Part shown: one piece after another, positions 36,256 to 48,354 of the stretch
Layout: each line of letters opens with the position of its first letter
Position numbering within the stretch: the first letter of the stretch is position 1
Origin: Neoechinorhynchus agilis
Taxonomy: Eukaryota > Animalia > Acanthocephala
Direction of reading: 5' to 3'
Length of the DNA stretch: 64,000 nt
Assembly (NCBI GenBank): GCA_051530055.1
Contig: CM121341.1
Span: 3,276,151 to 3,340,150 of the forward strand
Made by a program: the position numbers and the translations under genes
Notes under the pieces: generated by a model
The model's database searches: none
Told to the model about the DNA's origin: nothing
What the model saw: only the letters and a program-made list of their open reading frames with translations

Positions 36256-37700
36256 GGAGGGATCATTTCGAAGCATTTAGAGTAATTCAGGTGGAGTTTG
36301 CGATTGGTGCACAAATCTTTTGTGCAGATGATTTCGTGTGCCCAAGGCACAGTTTGGGCACGTGTGAAAAGAGTGCGATATGTGGAAGAAATTGTGGTGG
36401 TAGGGTTGATATGCGGAAATTTTAGATTATCTTTTATGAAACATTTCAAGACGACGGATTTGAGATTTTGACAGGTTGCAAAAGACGGGATAACCGTAGG
36501 TGAGGGAAGGTAAAATAAAAATGAAGTAAAATTTGGAGAGATCGGGTGAATGGATTCCTAAATGTCGGAGGCGTTTGAAGAGATAAATTTTAAAAGTGTT
36601 GTGCTTGAGGGAGAGAGTGATGTGCGAGTCCCATTTCAAATTTGATTGAAATTGGATACCCAGAATACTCGTAGAATATCATTTAGAAGCTCAGGCGATG
36701 TTGTGGAGTTGCGGGAGAGAGGGCATCATTTCGAAGCATTTAGAGAAATTGGGATGGAGTTTGTGATTGATGCAGAAATCATTTATGTGTGTGATTTCTT
36801 TAGAGGTTCAAGAAAAGAAGAGGTGGCATGGTGACGTAGAAGCGTGTCATAAATGCAAAGTAGGGCATCAGTTGCAGAAAATCTGGGTCGGAAGCAAAAT
36901 TGTTTAGGCGATAACTTTTCGTGGAGAAGTGAAAGAAGTCGAGATTTAAAACATTTTTCGATGATTTTTAAAAGAGCTGGTAGAATAGAAATTTTACGGA
37001 ATGAATCGGCCGAAATAGGATGCCCTTTTTTGGAACGAGTATAACTTGGCAGTTTTCAGGTAAGAGAGGTAGATTTCATATAAAAAGCTGAGGTTAATAA
37101 TGTGGGTAAGAGGGTCGATGAATTCGGGGATGATGGAGCGAAGACCTTAGTTTGGGATTTCGGATTGAGAGGACGAATGTTTAGGTAATTGCATGAATTC
37201 GAATTTCAGAGGAAAGGAAGTTTTTGCGGGCGATAAGTATTTTGTCAGCAAGTGCTTTTTGTAAACGGGGAGTCTGGGGTGTTATTGCGATGCGCCTTTG
37301 AAGCTTGCTTTGGGGCCACGGTTGAAGATCCTAATGAATTTCTTGGGAATTGCCGAAACTAGAGAATTTTCTATGATTTAGATTAGGGAGGACATGGCCA
37401 AGGAAGGGTCATTTATGTTGTCAGAGTGGGGACGGGTAAACGGGGAGATTTCATACGCTGAGGTGCGGTTTAGGGAGTGATAAGGGTAGAGGAATGGTCA
37501 GAGTTCGAGGGGAGGGAGTTTAGAGGCGGATGAGTAGGCGTCGATATTTGCGAACACTTTGTCGAGGTGAGCGTCAAGACGAGTTGGGAAGTCAATAAGT
37601 TGGCGCAACTCGGAGAAGGGTAGAAGAGGAAATAGATTATTGAAGTCCCCTGCAATTAGGAAATGATGCGGATTTGTGGAGTTTATGCGTTCACTTATAG
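36255..37700 (-). mobile_element. CR1/L2-group LINE remnants (rearranged)
   Basis: HNTFKIYLFKRLRHLG...FILPSLTYGYPVFCN (ORF 36427-36639) and QFCF RT segment; purine-rich plus strand. Confidence 0.8.
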
Positions 37701-37744
37701 AGTCAATTTGGATTAGCGATATTCACTCAGAAATAGATTTATAT

Positions 37745-37782
37745 TGAAAATTTTCGGCCTTTTCGTTGGCCTTCTTCAGTCA
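37745..37782 (-). ncRNA. Minimal type I hammerhead ribozyme motif, family B
   Basis: UGA-CUGAAGA-A-GGCC-AACGAAAA-GGCC-GAA-AAUU-U-UCA, starting 3 nt after the stop codon of the GIY-YIG ORF. Confidence 0.75.
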
Positions 37783-37785
37783 GAT

Positions 37786-38196
37786 CTACATTTTAAAAGA
37801 AACATTATCAATTAGTTTATCCGGTGGGACTCGTAGATTGAGTTTATAGTCAGCTTTGTTGCCAACAAAAGTACCTGTTTGCTGGATCATGATGGCTTCC
37901 ATGGTCACTCTGTCGCGTCTTACGTCACTCCTTGCAAGAACTTCAACACCGTCAAAATTGATCTCATGCCCATTGTCATTGATGTGGGACACTATTGCCG
38001 AGCTCACATCAGACTTTTTGATAGCTGCTCTTCTGTGTTCAGCAATCCTTCTTTTTAGATTGTTCGTTTGTCCCACATATGACATACTGCAATTCGAGCA
38101 TGGGATCTTATAGACACATCCAGGTGGAAGATCTTCATTCTTCGGTCGGAGTATTCCTTGGAGAGTCCTGCCCTTCCTACTATACGTAGTGAACAT
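37786..38196 (-). mobile_element. Penelope-like element, intact GIY-YIG endonuclease ORF (5'-truncated element)
   Basis: GCVYKIPCSNCSMSYVGQTNNLKRRIAEH...SAIVSH...GHEINFDGVEVL...MEAIMI. Confidence 0.9.
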
Positions 38197-38559
38197 TTTG
38201 TCACTATCGATTCGTTTGATCAGGGTTTCTATTTTAGAGTTCCATTGATCACTTACGTCTAATGGAGAAATTGCCCAGAAAACTGTAAACTGTATGAGGT
38301 ACTTCCTACATTCTTTCGACTACAGTCTGTTGCGTTTGGGTTCGATGGCTCAAAATACCAAAAGTCGATGCAATTCTGGTTGTTGGAAAACACAATTAAG
38401 GAACTCCAAAAAGAAAAGAAGCATCTAGAACGTCAATTAGAGAACAATCGTAATATACTAGAAAATGGTGGGGAAGGGAATTTTGGATTTCGGGAAATCG
38501 GGGGCGGAGGTGAGGGAGATGGGGGCTGCATTGTTTGTTGCGGGTGGTGGGTTATATAT

Positions 38560-41500
38560 AAACACGTTTTATTTATGGAAAAATACAGGATCCACACACT
38601 TGTCAGCATCTATCTTTGCTAAACGGTGTATGGATGGCGGATGTTGAAGGCAAGGGAAGTGGGACTGGTTTTTGAAGGGGTGTTGATGTGGGATCGGAGG
38701 CTTTGTAAAAGAGAATGGTTGCACGATGATGACAGATTAGGAGTATTTTTTTGTTCTCCGGTTATTAAGGAAAGATTGGGCTTGGGGGAAGAAAGATTTT
38801 TGGTAGAGGGCGGTACGAGCGAGGGGGGATGAAAAAGGTTGGGGTTAAGGGTGTTTACGAAGGAAGAGTATTTAGAGATGAAAGAAGAAAATTGTGGGGG
38901 TTGAACAAGACGGAGGGCGTCTTTGGAGAAAATGAAGTGGAGGTGGGCGTCGAGGGGTGGGAGTGAAGTCCCGCATATTTTAGCTGCTCTCTTGTGGAAA
39001 GCCTCGAGGGAATTGAGAGAGGAAAGTGAGGGAGGCGTATATAAGGATAGGAAGGATGGCAGAAAGATAAAAGTGAGCAAGGTGTTTAGGGGATACGTTG
39101 AGACGCCGGAGGAGTTTGATAAGGTAAAGCTGAGGGTTTGCTTTTGAGAGGGTAAATGAAATGTGGGCATCCCATTTAAGGTTTTCTTGGAAAGTCAGGC
39201 CCAGTATTCAGAGAGAAGAGGAGCGTTGGATGGGGAGAGGGAGAGGCGCGGGGATAAGATTGCGTTTGGAAATGTGGGGACAAGCTCAAAAGATTTGGAT
39301 AAATTTAGGGAGAGGTTTAGGGTGGAGAGCGAGGAAATGAGATGGTTGATCTCGTCCATGGTTGTAGAGGGGGAGAGAGAAGGAGATGCGATGGTAATGA
39401 CTGTGAGGTCATCTGCATAAAGAAAATATTTGGTAGAGAGAGCGAGGGGATGGAGGTCATTTAGAAAAATTCCAAAGAGGAGAGGGGAAAGTACGGCGCC
39501 TTGGGGGACCCCTTTAAATATGGGCAGAGAGGAAGAACATGAAGCTTCACATTGGATATATTGTTCGTGGTTGGAGAGGAAAGAGGAAATCCAAGCGAGT
39601 TGCAAAGTTGAGAGGCCAAAGGAAACATATGATTGGAGGAGAAGGGAGTGATCTGACGGACGGTTGATGCTGTGCAGAGTAGGGCGTCAAAACAAGAGTA
39701 ATTAAGACGGAAAGCGAATTGGGAACGGGAGATGTTTTTGAGGAAGAAGGGAAGTAGGCGAGTTTTGAAACATTTTTCTAAGATTTTAGATAAAGGTGAG
39801 AGGATAGAGATGGGACGAAGGGATGTGGAGGAGATCGGCTCATCGTTTTTGGGTAGGTTGACGACACGGGCTTCCTTAAGATACGATGGGAAAGAGCCCA
39901 GTAGAAAGCTAAGGTTCGTTATGTGCGTTAGAGGATTGATAAGTTCCGGCATGATGAGACGAATGGCCCGATTTGGGATGGTCGAATTAGGGAAAGAATG
40001 GCGGGGCAGGCGTTTAAGGATTTCTAGGATTTCGAGAGGGGAAACTAAGGAAGGGCATGTATGAATGGGCGGGTCAGAAAGTGAGAACGGAGGTTGGGAC
40101 AATGGATGGGAGGTTTGGGGAGGACAGAGGTTTTTATTCATTTAGTTAAGGATTGCGAGGAGATCAGATTTGGGGAGAGATGCGATGGGGGTGGATCTAC
40201 CAAGACCAGTGACATTTTTAATTTCACGCCACCAGTTTTGATTGGGAACGGACGAGAGACGAGATGAGAAAAATAATTTGCGGGCTATACGGATGCGTTT
40301 TGTCAGTGTGGAGCGGAGGGAGGGGTAAGCGGGATTACCTGACCGGAAAGCTTTGGTGACCTGTATTTGGAGGGCTTTTAGAAAAGACGAGAACCATGGA
40401 GGGTCGCGGTTCGATATTCGTATTGTTTTGTGAGGAAAGGAGGCCTTCATCGCAGATTCTATTAGATTTAACAAAGAGCCCATTGCAATCAAGGGGCCGG
40501 TTCCAAAGATGGTAGAGCGGTTTTGCGTGATAAGAGAATTGACACATGCAGCAAAGGTGTGGGTATGATGATCACGCTTATCCCAGACAATGTAGAGGTC
40601 GGAAAAGGAACGGTTTTTAGGTGATGTGGGGGAGAGAAGGATGGAACAATGGTCAGACGAGGCGATCGGGGGAAGTTTGCTCGAATATTGCCTGATGTTT
40701 GAGAAAATTTTATCAAGGCGGGATGGGAAGCGTGTAGAGAAAGTAACGAGTTGGGAGAGATGAGAGAGCGAGGGCGGGATCGGCAGTTTGTTAAAATCGC
40801 CAAGTATGATGAAGTGATCCGAGGAAGTGGAAAGTAGGTCAGTAAAGAGGTGGTCTATTTGTTGAAGACTGTTGGGAATGTTTGAGGAAGCAGGGCGATA
40901 GAGGCTAGCCATGGAGATCTCACGTTGGCCATTGCGGAGGGGGAGATGAAGTTGGATGTGAAGCCATTCAAGATCGTCAGAGATGAAAAGGTAGGGTGAA
41001 GAACAATGGTAAGGGAGAGAGGTGCGGATGAAAATCGATATGCCTCCCCTGTTTCGGAAGTCCCTTGTGAGGTGAAAAGCTTGAAAGTTTGGAAGAAGGC
41101 AGATAATTTGCCATGGCGTGAGAGCCATGTTTCCGTAATTACAAGGATGTCGGCGCTGCAAGAAGAGGCAACCATATGGAGCTCATCCAGTTTGGGGAGG
41201 GGGCTGCGGGTGTTAGAATAAAAGATTATTGGAAAGGGATGTTTAGAAGGGACATGAGGGGTGGACACTGACGGAGAGGGTTGAAGCTGCGCAGAGAGAG
41301 AAGGGATGGGAGTTGACCGATGGGGTATTCGTGGGTGGACACTGTGGTAAGGGGTGATTTGAGTGTAGAGACCATAAGGGTGGGAACTGTGCATGCGGGA
41401 TGAACTCTGGGGGGGAAAGAGGATATTTGGAGTTGAGGAGGTGGTGATAAGAGGTGAGGTAGTGTGCGCATCCAAGGTATTTTTCGCTTCTGAGGGGCGA

Positions 41501-43345
41501 AGCGAAAATGTCCAGATTTGGTAAGATGCGGAATAGTGGTTTTAGGCAGACGAGAGATGAGTGGTATTATATTGTATGCAACGGTACTTTCCTACGTTGC
41601 ACCGTAGGTATAAGCGCGTCAAATAGAATTAGACTCCGCAAGGGATCTAAAATACACGACAGCAGTCCTGTTATGCGGGCAATTCGCGTCTCTTAAAATA
41701 GGGTCATCGTATGTACGACAGTTCTCTTTGCCTTTACGATACAATGTCGTTGGCTTCCAGAAAAGGAACTGTTGCACGACCTGTGGACAAGATGCCTCGG
41801 ACCGAATTATATTGCCCGTGAACTGCAGTCATCTGCGGCGCAAATATTCACTGGGCGGTTGGACTCCGGCTCTCTTATGCAGTGCTTTGTTAGTCACTTT
41901 ATCTGACCATCTGACCTTCAACGCCGCACGTAAGAGAGATGAATGATTTTGATCCAACTGCTTCGTCGCCGTTGGTAACAGCGTCCAGGTCTATGCATTG
42001 TAGTAGAGAATGCTCTCAATTAGAATCCTGAACAGCTGCGAATGGAGTTCATCTGGCAAAGACTCACTGTCAAACAGTGGTTTAACTTGCCCCATTGCTC
42101 TCCAAGCTATAGCTCTCCGTCGGCTGACATCCGCACTCACCCCAGGAACGACAGCTCCCAGGTAGACATACCGCACTATCTGTTTTAATTGCTCAACGCC
42201 ATTCGGATCTTCGCCAGATACTGTATGCGCGACATGCTGAATCGTCAAGAATTCAGTCTTTTTCGAGTTGATGGTCAGACCAATCATAATCGCCCTTTCG
42301 CACAGTCTATTTAGCATGCGTTGAGCTCCTTCGACTGTTGAGGACATCAATACGATGTCGTCGGCATATGCCATGTAGGAGGCGCGTATCTCAGGATACC
42401 TGCGACCTCTTTTCCTCAACAGAGGAAATCCATCTTCATCATTCGGTAGTGCCCATCTCATTACCCAATCAAGCACCAAGATGAAGAGGAAAGGAGCCAA
42501 TGTGTCGCCCATGAGTGGTGGCAAGGATGAGAGGGGTTTAGAAGGAGTTAATTTGCGAGGCGAGGGATGCTTGACGTAGTCGTTGAAGGATGGTAGGGGT
42601 GTGTGCTTTTTACTAGAAAATCGGGATACAGGAGAGAAGGTGGTGGGTTTTGATGGGGCTAAAGTTGAAACGTAATCGTAGAAGGATGGGAGGGGTTTAT
42701 GGTTTTTTTCTAGCAGTACGGGGTGCTAGAGAGGAGGTGGAGGACTTAGATGAGGCCGAGGAGGAGGGAAGTTATGTTTTAATGGTGGAGCAGACTGAGA
42801 CTTAGAGTGCAGGGACGAGGAAAAAGGGGTATGAGAGATGATAGGTACGGAATTAAGGAGGGGAGAAGGTTGTTGATGAAAAGTCGAATTAGAGTGTGGA
42901 GAGGAGTCTTGGAGGGAGGAGGCAGCAAAGGGTGGATGGAAAGGATCTAGAGAGTGAAGCGAGGGAGAAGAGGAGGTCTGGGGTGGGAAAGCTTCTTAGA
43001 ATTCACCTTTGAAACTTTTGCTTGCCTTATTGAACCGTTGGCTTTCTTCCCTTTGCACTTTTTGACTTCGATCAACTGTTCATTTTTGAGAGCTTCCATT
43101 TCGCACTGATTAGCCTCCGCTAATACATCCTTAAGTGTGCTCATCACTTCAATTAATGAGTCCTTTAGAATTTCAGTAACTCGTTCAAAACATTTCTTTA
43201 GTGCGACATCAATAAGAGCGGAATACTTGTCCGATTCTCGTTCACCGTTCATTGATTGGAGGGCGTTGACTGAGATAGAAGGGACGTTGACGAGAAAGAG
43301 GACCGCTGACTGTGAAAGAGGACGAAGGTCTAGGAAATATTAAAA
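38560..43345 (-). mobile_element. Near full-length, frameshifted CR1/L2-group LINE (ORF1 remnant, APE, RT) with a nested RTE insertion
   Basis: APE: FYSNTRS..PKLDEL...DILVITETWLS, RGGISIFI, FIILGDFN, SRLDKIF, SDHC. RT: LRPISILSPLSKILEK, QFAFR, GVPQGAVLSPLLF, YADDL. Putative ORF1 at 42947-43252. Confidence 0.9.
41478..42521 (-). mobile_element. 5'-truncated RTE-clade LINE nested in the CR1/L2 element
   Basis: GDTLAPFLFILVLDWVMR...YMAYADDIVL...GLTINSKKTE...YVYLGA; possible 5-bp target duplication caagg at 41473-41477 and 42522-42526. Confidence 0.82.
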
Positions 43346-44299
43346 AGTTTCAGCACCAACCATATTGATACATTATTGGAAAGAAAAATAAAAAATAATT
43401 TTGTTTAAGCCAGTTAATGTGAAATAAAAGCGATTTTATATTATCTTCGGCAAAAAAATCACGTTTCATCAAACACCAGTAACTTCGAACTTCAACACTA
43501 TTTATTTTACGGAATACCTGTACTTTTTTGAAAAACATGAAGAAAAACACACCAAGGGCGACTATAAAGAAAACATTAATTAAAACATCTTTTTGTTAAT
43601 CTACAAAAAGTACCCATGTCCCCTTTTGTGTCCACATAGAAACTCGAGTTGTGATTTGCTAAATGAGTGCAGTCGTTTATTTTGGAGTGGAATACGAGTT
43701 GGGTCGGCCGTCCACTTCGGTCCTCGATTGAAGAAGATGGATGAAAGCCATTCGCTGAGGAATTTGCTTAAGATATTTATAATTGAGCGACTGCCACACT
43801 TCGCCAGCATGGTGTTGCGGAAATCTTTCTTCGCTTTTTTCTATGCGCCCGCCAGCAGTGAGTCGCAAGTCTTCTTCGATTGATATTCTGCTGGGCAAAA
43901 AGTCCTACTACGAGAGGCGAATTAAAATTTCAAAAATTAATAATTATAAACTAAATTGAAGCCGAATCAAAATCGATAAATTCCGTAAAGTCGTAGTTAG
44001 AATATTTAGAGAGCGTCGTTGGCTCAATAAGATACCTTCGCATTTCCGTACAAAAGCAATATTCCCGTTGTTCCGAGAACGTTTAAAATTAGCAGTATTT
44101 TCGACAAAATCTCTTCGTCTACTCGCTCATTAAAACTCGTTTTTGCTAAAATTAGAAATTTTTTGAGTAAAAACCACGTCGTTTTTTGTGAATATTTGAA
44201 AGATCAAAATGGTCTGAGAAATTTGCAATAACTAAGGAGATGGTCGCTCTCTCGTTTTATTGATTTCCATTGATGTACAACGGATGAGACAATTACTAA

Positions 44300-46541
44300 C
44301 TACGCATTCAAGACAGCCAGTGCATTTCTGCACTCAACAAATTCATCGCCACCGTCGCAGTCCTCAATGCGTCCGATCTTTAAATGTGTAAGCATTTCAA
44401 TGCACGACTGTTTATCAGCGAACCCCAGAGATTTGGAAAGATAATCAAGACTAACTCGTGGTCTCATTCTATACGCAGAGATTCGACGAGTAATGGGTGT
44501 AATCAAAAACTGCTTACGTCTTAAAGATAGAAATCAATAGTAATCGTCGATAATGTCCGGCGAATATTCCTACTAAGGACCGAATCGCGCACTTGGGAGG
44601 AAGAGATCGAACTATTCTAAAGAAAGCACCAAAGGCCTTCAGAGTGAAGCTTTGGTAGAGGCGTACACATTGCTCGTCCTCTCCTGTAAGACTCGTTTCA
44701 AGGAGAGCACTGAGTGCACGAATGGCTCCTGGTTAAGGAGTGAGAGAGGGGAAATCGAACAGAGTCCAACCAGCTCGATCTTCTATAAACATATTGTACA
44801 AGAGTCTATATCGAGCAAACGCTCGGCTGTTTCCTATATCAAGACCTTGTGCGTACAAAGATACCAATTGTGTTTGACATTGATTAAATTCCTCACGATC
44901 ACCCTAAAAGAAACGGTTAAAAAAAATTAAAATGATTTATTTATAAATCAATCGATTAGAAAAGGTTTCAGAATTTAAAGACAGAACACCAAGAAGAATA
45001 TGGTCGAAATTTAAATATCGATGTATGACTGGTGAAAAAAGAGAGAATTAGCATAGTATTTTAAATTCTTGAAAACAAAATGTTCTCATAAAAATAAAGA
45101 TGTATACAAAAGTGAAATACATTAAAAGAAACGTCGATCTTAATGTCGAAAAAGTTATTAAACAAACGAAACATTGAAATTTTAATAACGTCGAGAATTT
45201 CTCCATTTCACAATGTAGGAACCAATAATTAGTTCGATGAAGGCCAAAAAAATTTCGTAACTGACACTCTGATATAAAGAACGACAAAAACTCGTTTGAA
45301 AGATGATATCTAGGGATGCAACCGAAATGCATTATTGAATTAAGTGAGAATTGCGGGTTGAAGATCCTTCCTCCCGGAAATATTTCGAATGCTACGTTTT
45401 TAGATAAGCCGGATGATGCGTCCACTTTCGAAATGTCATTCAATAAAATATGAGATTTTCTCTCTGTGTGTGTTTGGATGATTGACTTAAGTTATTTAAA
45501 CATGTACGACACATACCATTTCAAGGGCAATTAAAGCATTCGTTTCGTAAACTTTTGTCGTGAATTCCGTCTTAATATTTTGTACCTAAGGCGAAAAACA
45601 TTAAGCTCCAAATAAAACGTCTTACTCACAGTCATATCTTGACGAATGCTTCGTAGTTGATCGCTTAAATATCCGAAATCGAGATTTTCTCCCACTGATG
45701 CTTTATTGACTACAAATTCAAAAGCGCGTTGGAGTACGTTTAAGGGTCTTATGAGCAATGGATCGGCTTCACTGGTCAATCGGAAATAGGACTTTTCGAG
45801 GGTTTCACAAACGCCGACAAACTCTTGTCTTGTTGACTCGGATGATTGTTCACTAACGACGGGTTCAGACAACCATCTTTTGTTTTGGTGATCGGAAGCG
45901 TACGACGAATTTGATGGCATTCGCTTTTGTACAACGGACAGCGGTGAAGGCGATGCACAACGATGTTGAGCGAACCTACTTGGTCGTCGAGGCTGCACGG
46001 TTGTTTGAGCCTGTTGTGCTGGTGGTGGTTGAGTTGGAATAGTCAAAAGAGTCGGAATCCCTGGCTCGACCGTGTCTGAGAAACGAGTACCACCCATGGC
46101 AGCTATCCGTTTCTTGGCGTCGTATTTAACGGAAGTCAAACGGCTGTCCAAGGATTGCAAAGGAACGGGTGAAGATTCTTGTTTGCTCAAGGAAGCTTGT
46201 GATGATGGTTGCTGATTTAGATTCACTGACTGCTGGGGAGCGTACAGTCGGTTAACCTGTTGATGATATTGGTACCATTGACGCCAATGATTCACGTATT
46301 GAGCCCATTGAGCCTGATAAGTAGCTGTATTGTACTGATTCCCAGAGTTCAGCATATAAGGATTACGGAAGTTCGAAGACCCAAAACGGGGATCGTGCCT
46401 CAGAGTGTGTAGAGGAGGATAGTAGGGATTAGGAATCGGTAACTGAACAGGAGTCCCTTGAGTTGGTTGCTGCTGAGGTCTCTCGGCCCGAGGACTATTG
46501 TACGTGAGTCTAGGATCCATTCTGAAAAAAGAGTGTGCCAT
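44300..46541 (-). CDS. LENG8: SAC3/GANP/THP3 (LENG8-like) protein, 5 exons (introns 45586-45629, 44904-45516, 44729-44770, 44469-44517)
   Basis: [37 protein letters not shown]|[18 protein letters not shown]|[23 protein letters not shown], |MRPRVSL; all four introns are GT-AG (44, 613, 42, 49 nt). Confidence 0.87.
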
Positions 46542-48354
46542 TTTAATCTTAAATAGCAAAATCTACGCGTAAAAAGATTTACGGAGAATGATATCAACAC
46601 TCGATTTAGAGATCAATCGGATTAAACGAAAAGCGATATGGTGTTTTGCGTTCTTTTTCTGGTCCTAATAACCGGCTGATCCGATTAACCGAAGATTCAA
46701 CCGTACTTAACATTCCTTTGACTTCTTTTAATCACTAAAATCCACTAATAATGAACCCCGTCGAGGTTCCACGATCCAACGTCGCAGGATCGAAATATCA
46801 AATCAATAAATTCTTAATTTCATTTATCTCTCCTATCGACAAATAACAATGAATTATCTTTTCAACATAAAAAAACTTCTAACACACTTCTAATCCTTAC
46901 ATATCGACATTTTAACCTTCCTTAAAATCTATTCAATCACTTTATGAACTCAAAAGAGCATTAAATTACAAAAAGACTTGTTTTGCACAAACAAATGATC
47001 GAAAATGAATTTATGATCTTTTAAAACACCAAAGATTCTAAATAGAACCAGGAAAACTCTCAACCTTCGAAAATGCGATTTTTGAATACCTAAAAACAAA
47101 GTCGTGGGGATCGTGGATTATTATCGTCGGAGAAAGGAAGAGACACTTTCTTTTCGTAGTCTCACCAACCCTGGACTCAAAAATTCACTAATTTATTTCC
47201 GGTATTTCATTTTGGATAATTCCGAAATTTTCGCAAGGTTTTAGTGCATTTTTGAATTCGGGGTTGGCAAATTTACGAAAAGAAAGCAATTTTTTTCAAA
47301 TTAAGTTTACGAAAGCTACTTGATGACCAACAGAAGTTTGGTACCGAATAAATGGTTTGTGTCATTTTTTCTTAACGAGATAATCGACCGACTAATTCGG
47401 TGACCAAGATGAATTTTATACTCATCTCGATTTTAAGAGCTATGAATATACTTGAGACTAGTAAAAATCAAGGTTAAAAGTTTGAGAATTTGGTTCTGGA
47501 AAACAAGTTGGCCTTTGGTTTTAATCAGCGTAGTGACGTAATGTACACGGAAGAATCTTATTTGGAATAAAGTAATCTTCGAATTAAATTAAAGAATGAT
47601 GATATAGTGAAAACAAGCGCTCTTTCGCCCCTCTCCTATCTGCAATACATAGAATTTGCACCTAAAATCTAGCACCAAGCAATTTAAAATCAATTTTTGG
47701 GAACAAAAGTACATAATGACAGCTTTTGAGGTTATCAATTAAACGTCAACTTTCACTGTCACACGTCTCACATCTTAATTTTCGAGATAATGACATCGCA
47801 CCAACCTTTGATCTGAATTCTTTCGTGTGTGTCTCAACGTCCTCTTGTAATATGTATCCACCTCAACGTATATGCAAACTTCTCTTCCTTTTTCTCTCTC
47901 CTTGTGAGCTCCGTAGTGTTTTAGTAGGTGCAAAATCGGGAGATTTTACGAGGCGATATTGGACTCTCGTAAAAATCGTAAACGATTCCTGCGGTGCCTT
48001 ATATTGCTTAATTTTGTTCCTTAATAACATTATCGGAGCACTAGGAACAAACAACCATCTTAGAGGCTAACACTTCCGAGGGCTTGTTACTAAAAAGTTT
48101 AGTTTAAAGGTTGAGCGGTTTGAAGGAAACGTCAAAAATCAATGTGAAGAATCATACTTTTTTCCAATTTCTATTCGTACTTTTCACGTGTATTTCGTAG
48201 CCTCACAATCTCTCCTGCCGACAGTCTATCCCTTTTCTGACCTTTTCAGGGTGAGGGAGAGTCCCCGAAGAAGGCGTGAAGCGGCGAAATTCTGACAAAA
48301 TTAAAAAAAAACATCGTACTCGGGAACGTTTTGGGAAAATCTATCTGTAACAAC

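Noticed and set aside
45048-45443. 131-aa ORF inside the 613-nt LENG8 intron
   Set aside because: Non-ATG start, F/L/I-rich composition expected from AT-rich DNA, no recognisable motif.
47760-48060. Possible LINE APE or LTR integrase remnant
   Set aside because: Only vague motif similarity (KGREVCIYV; VQYRL) in different frames; not enough to call.
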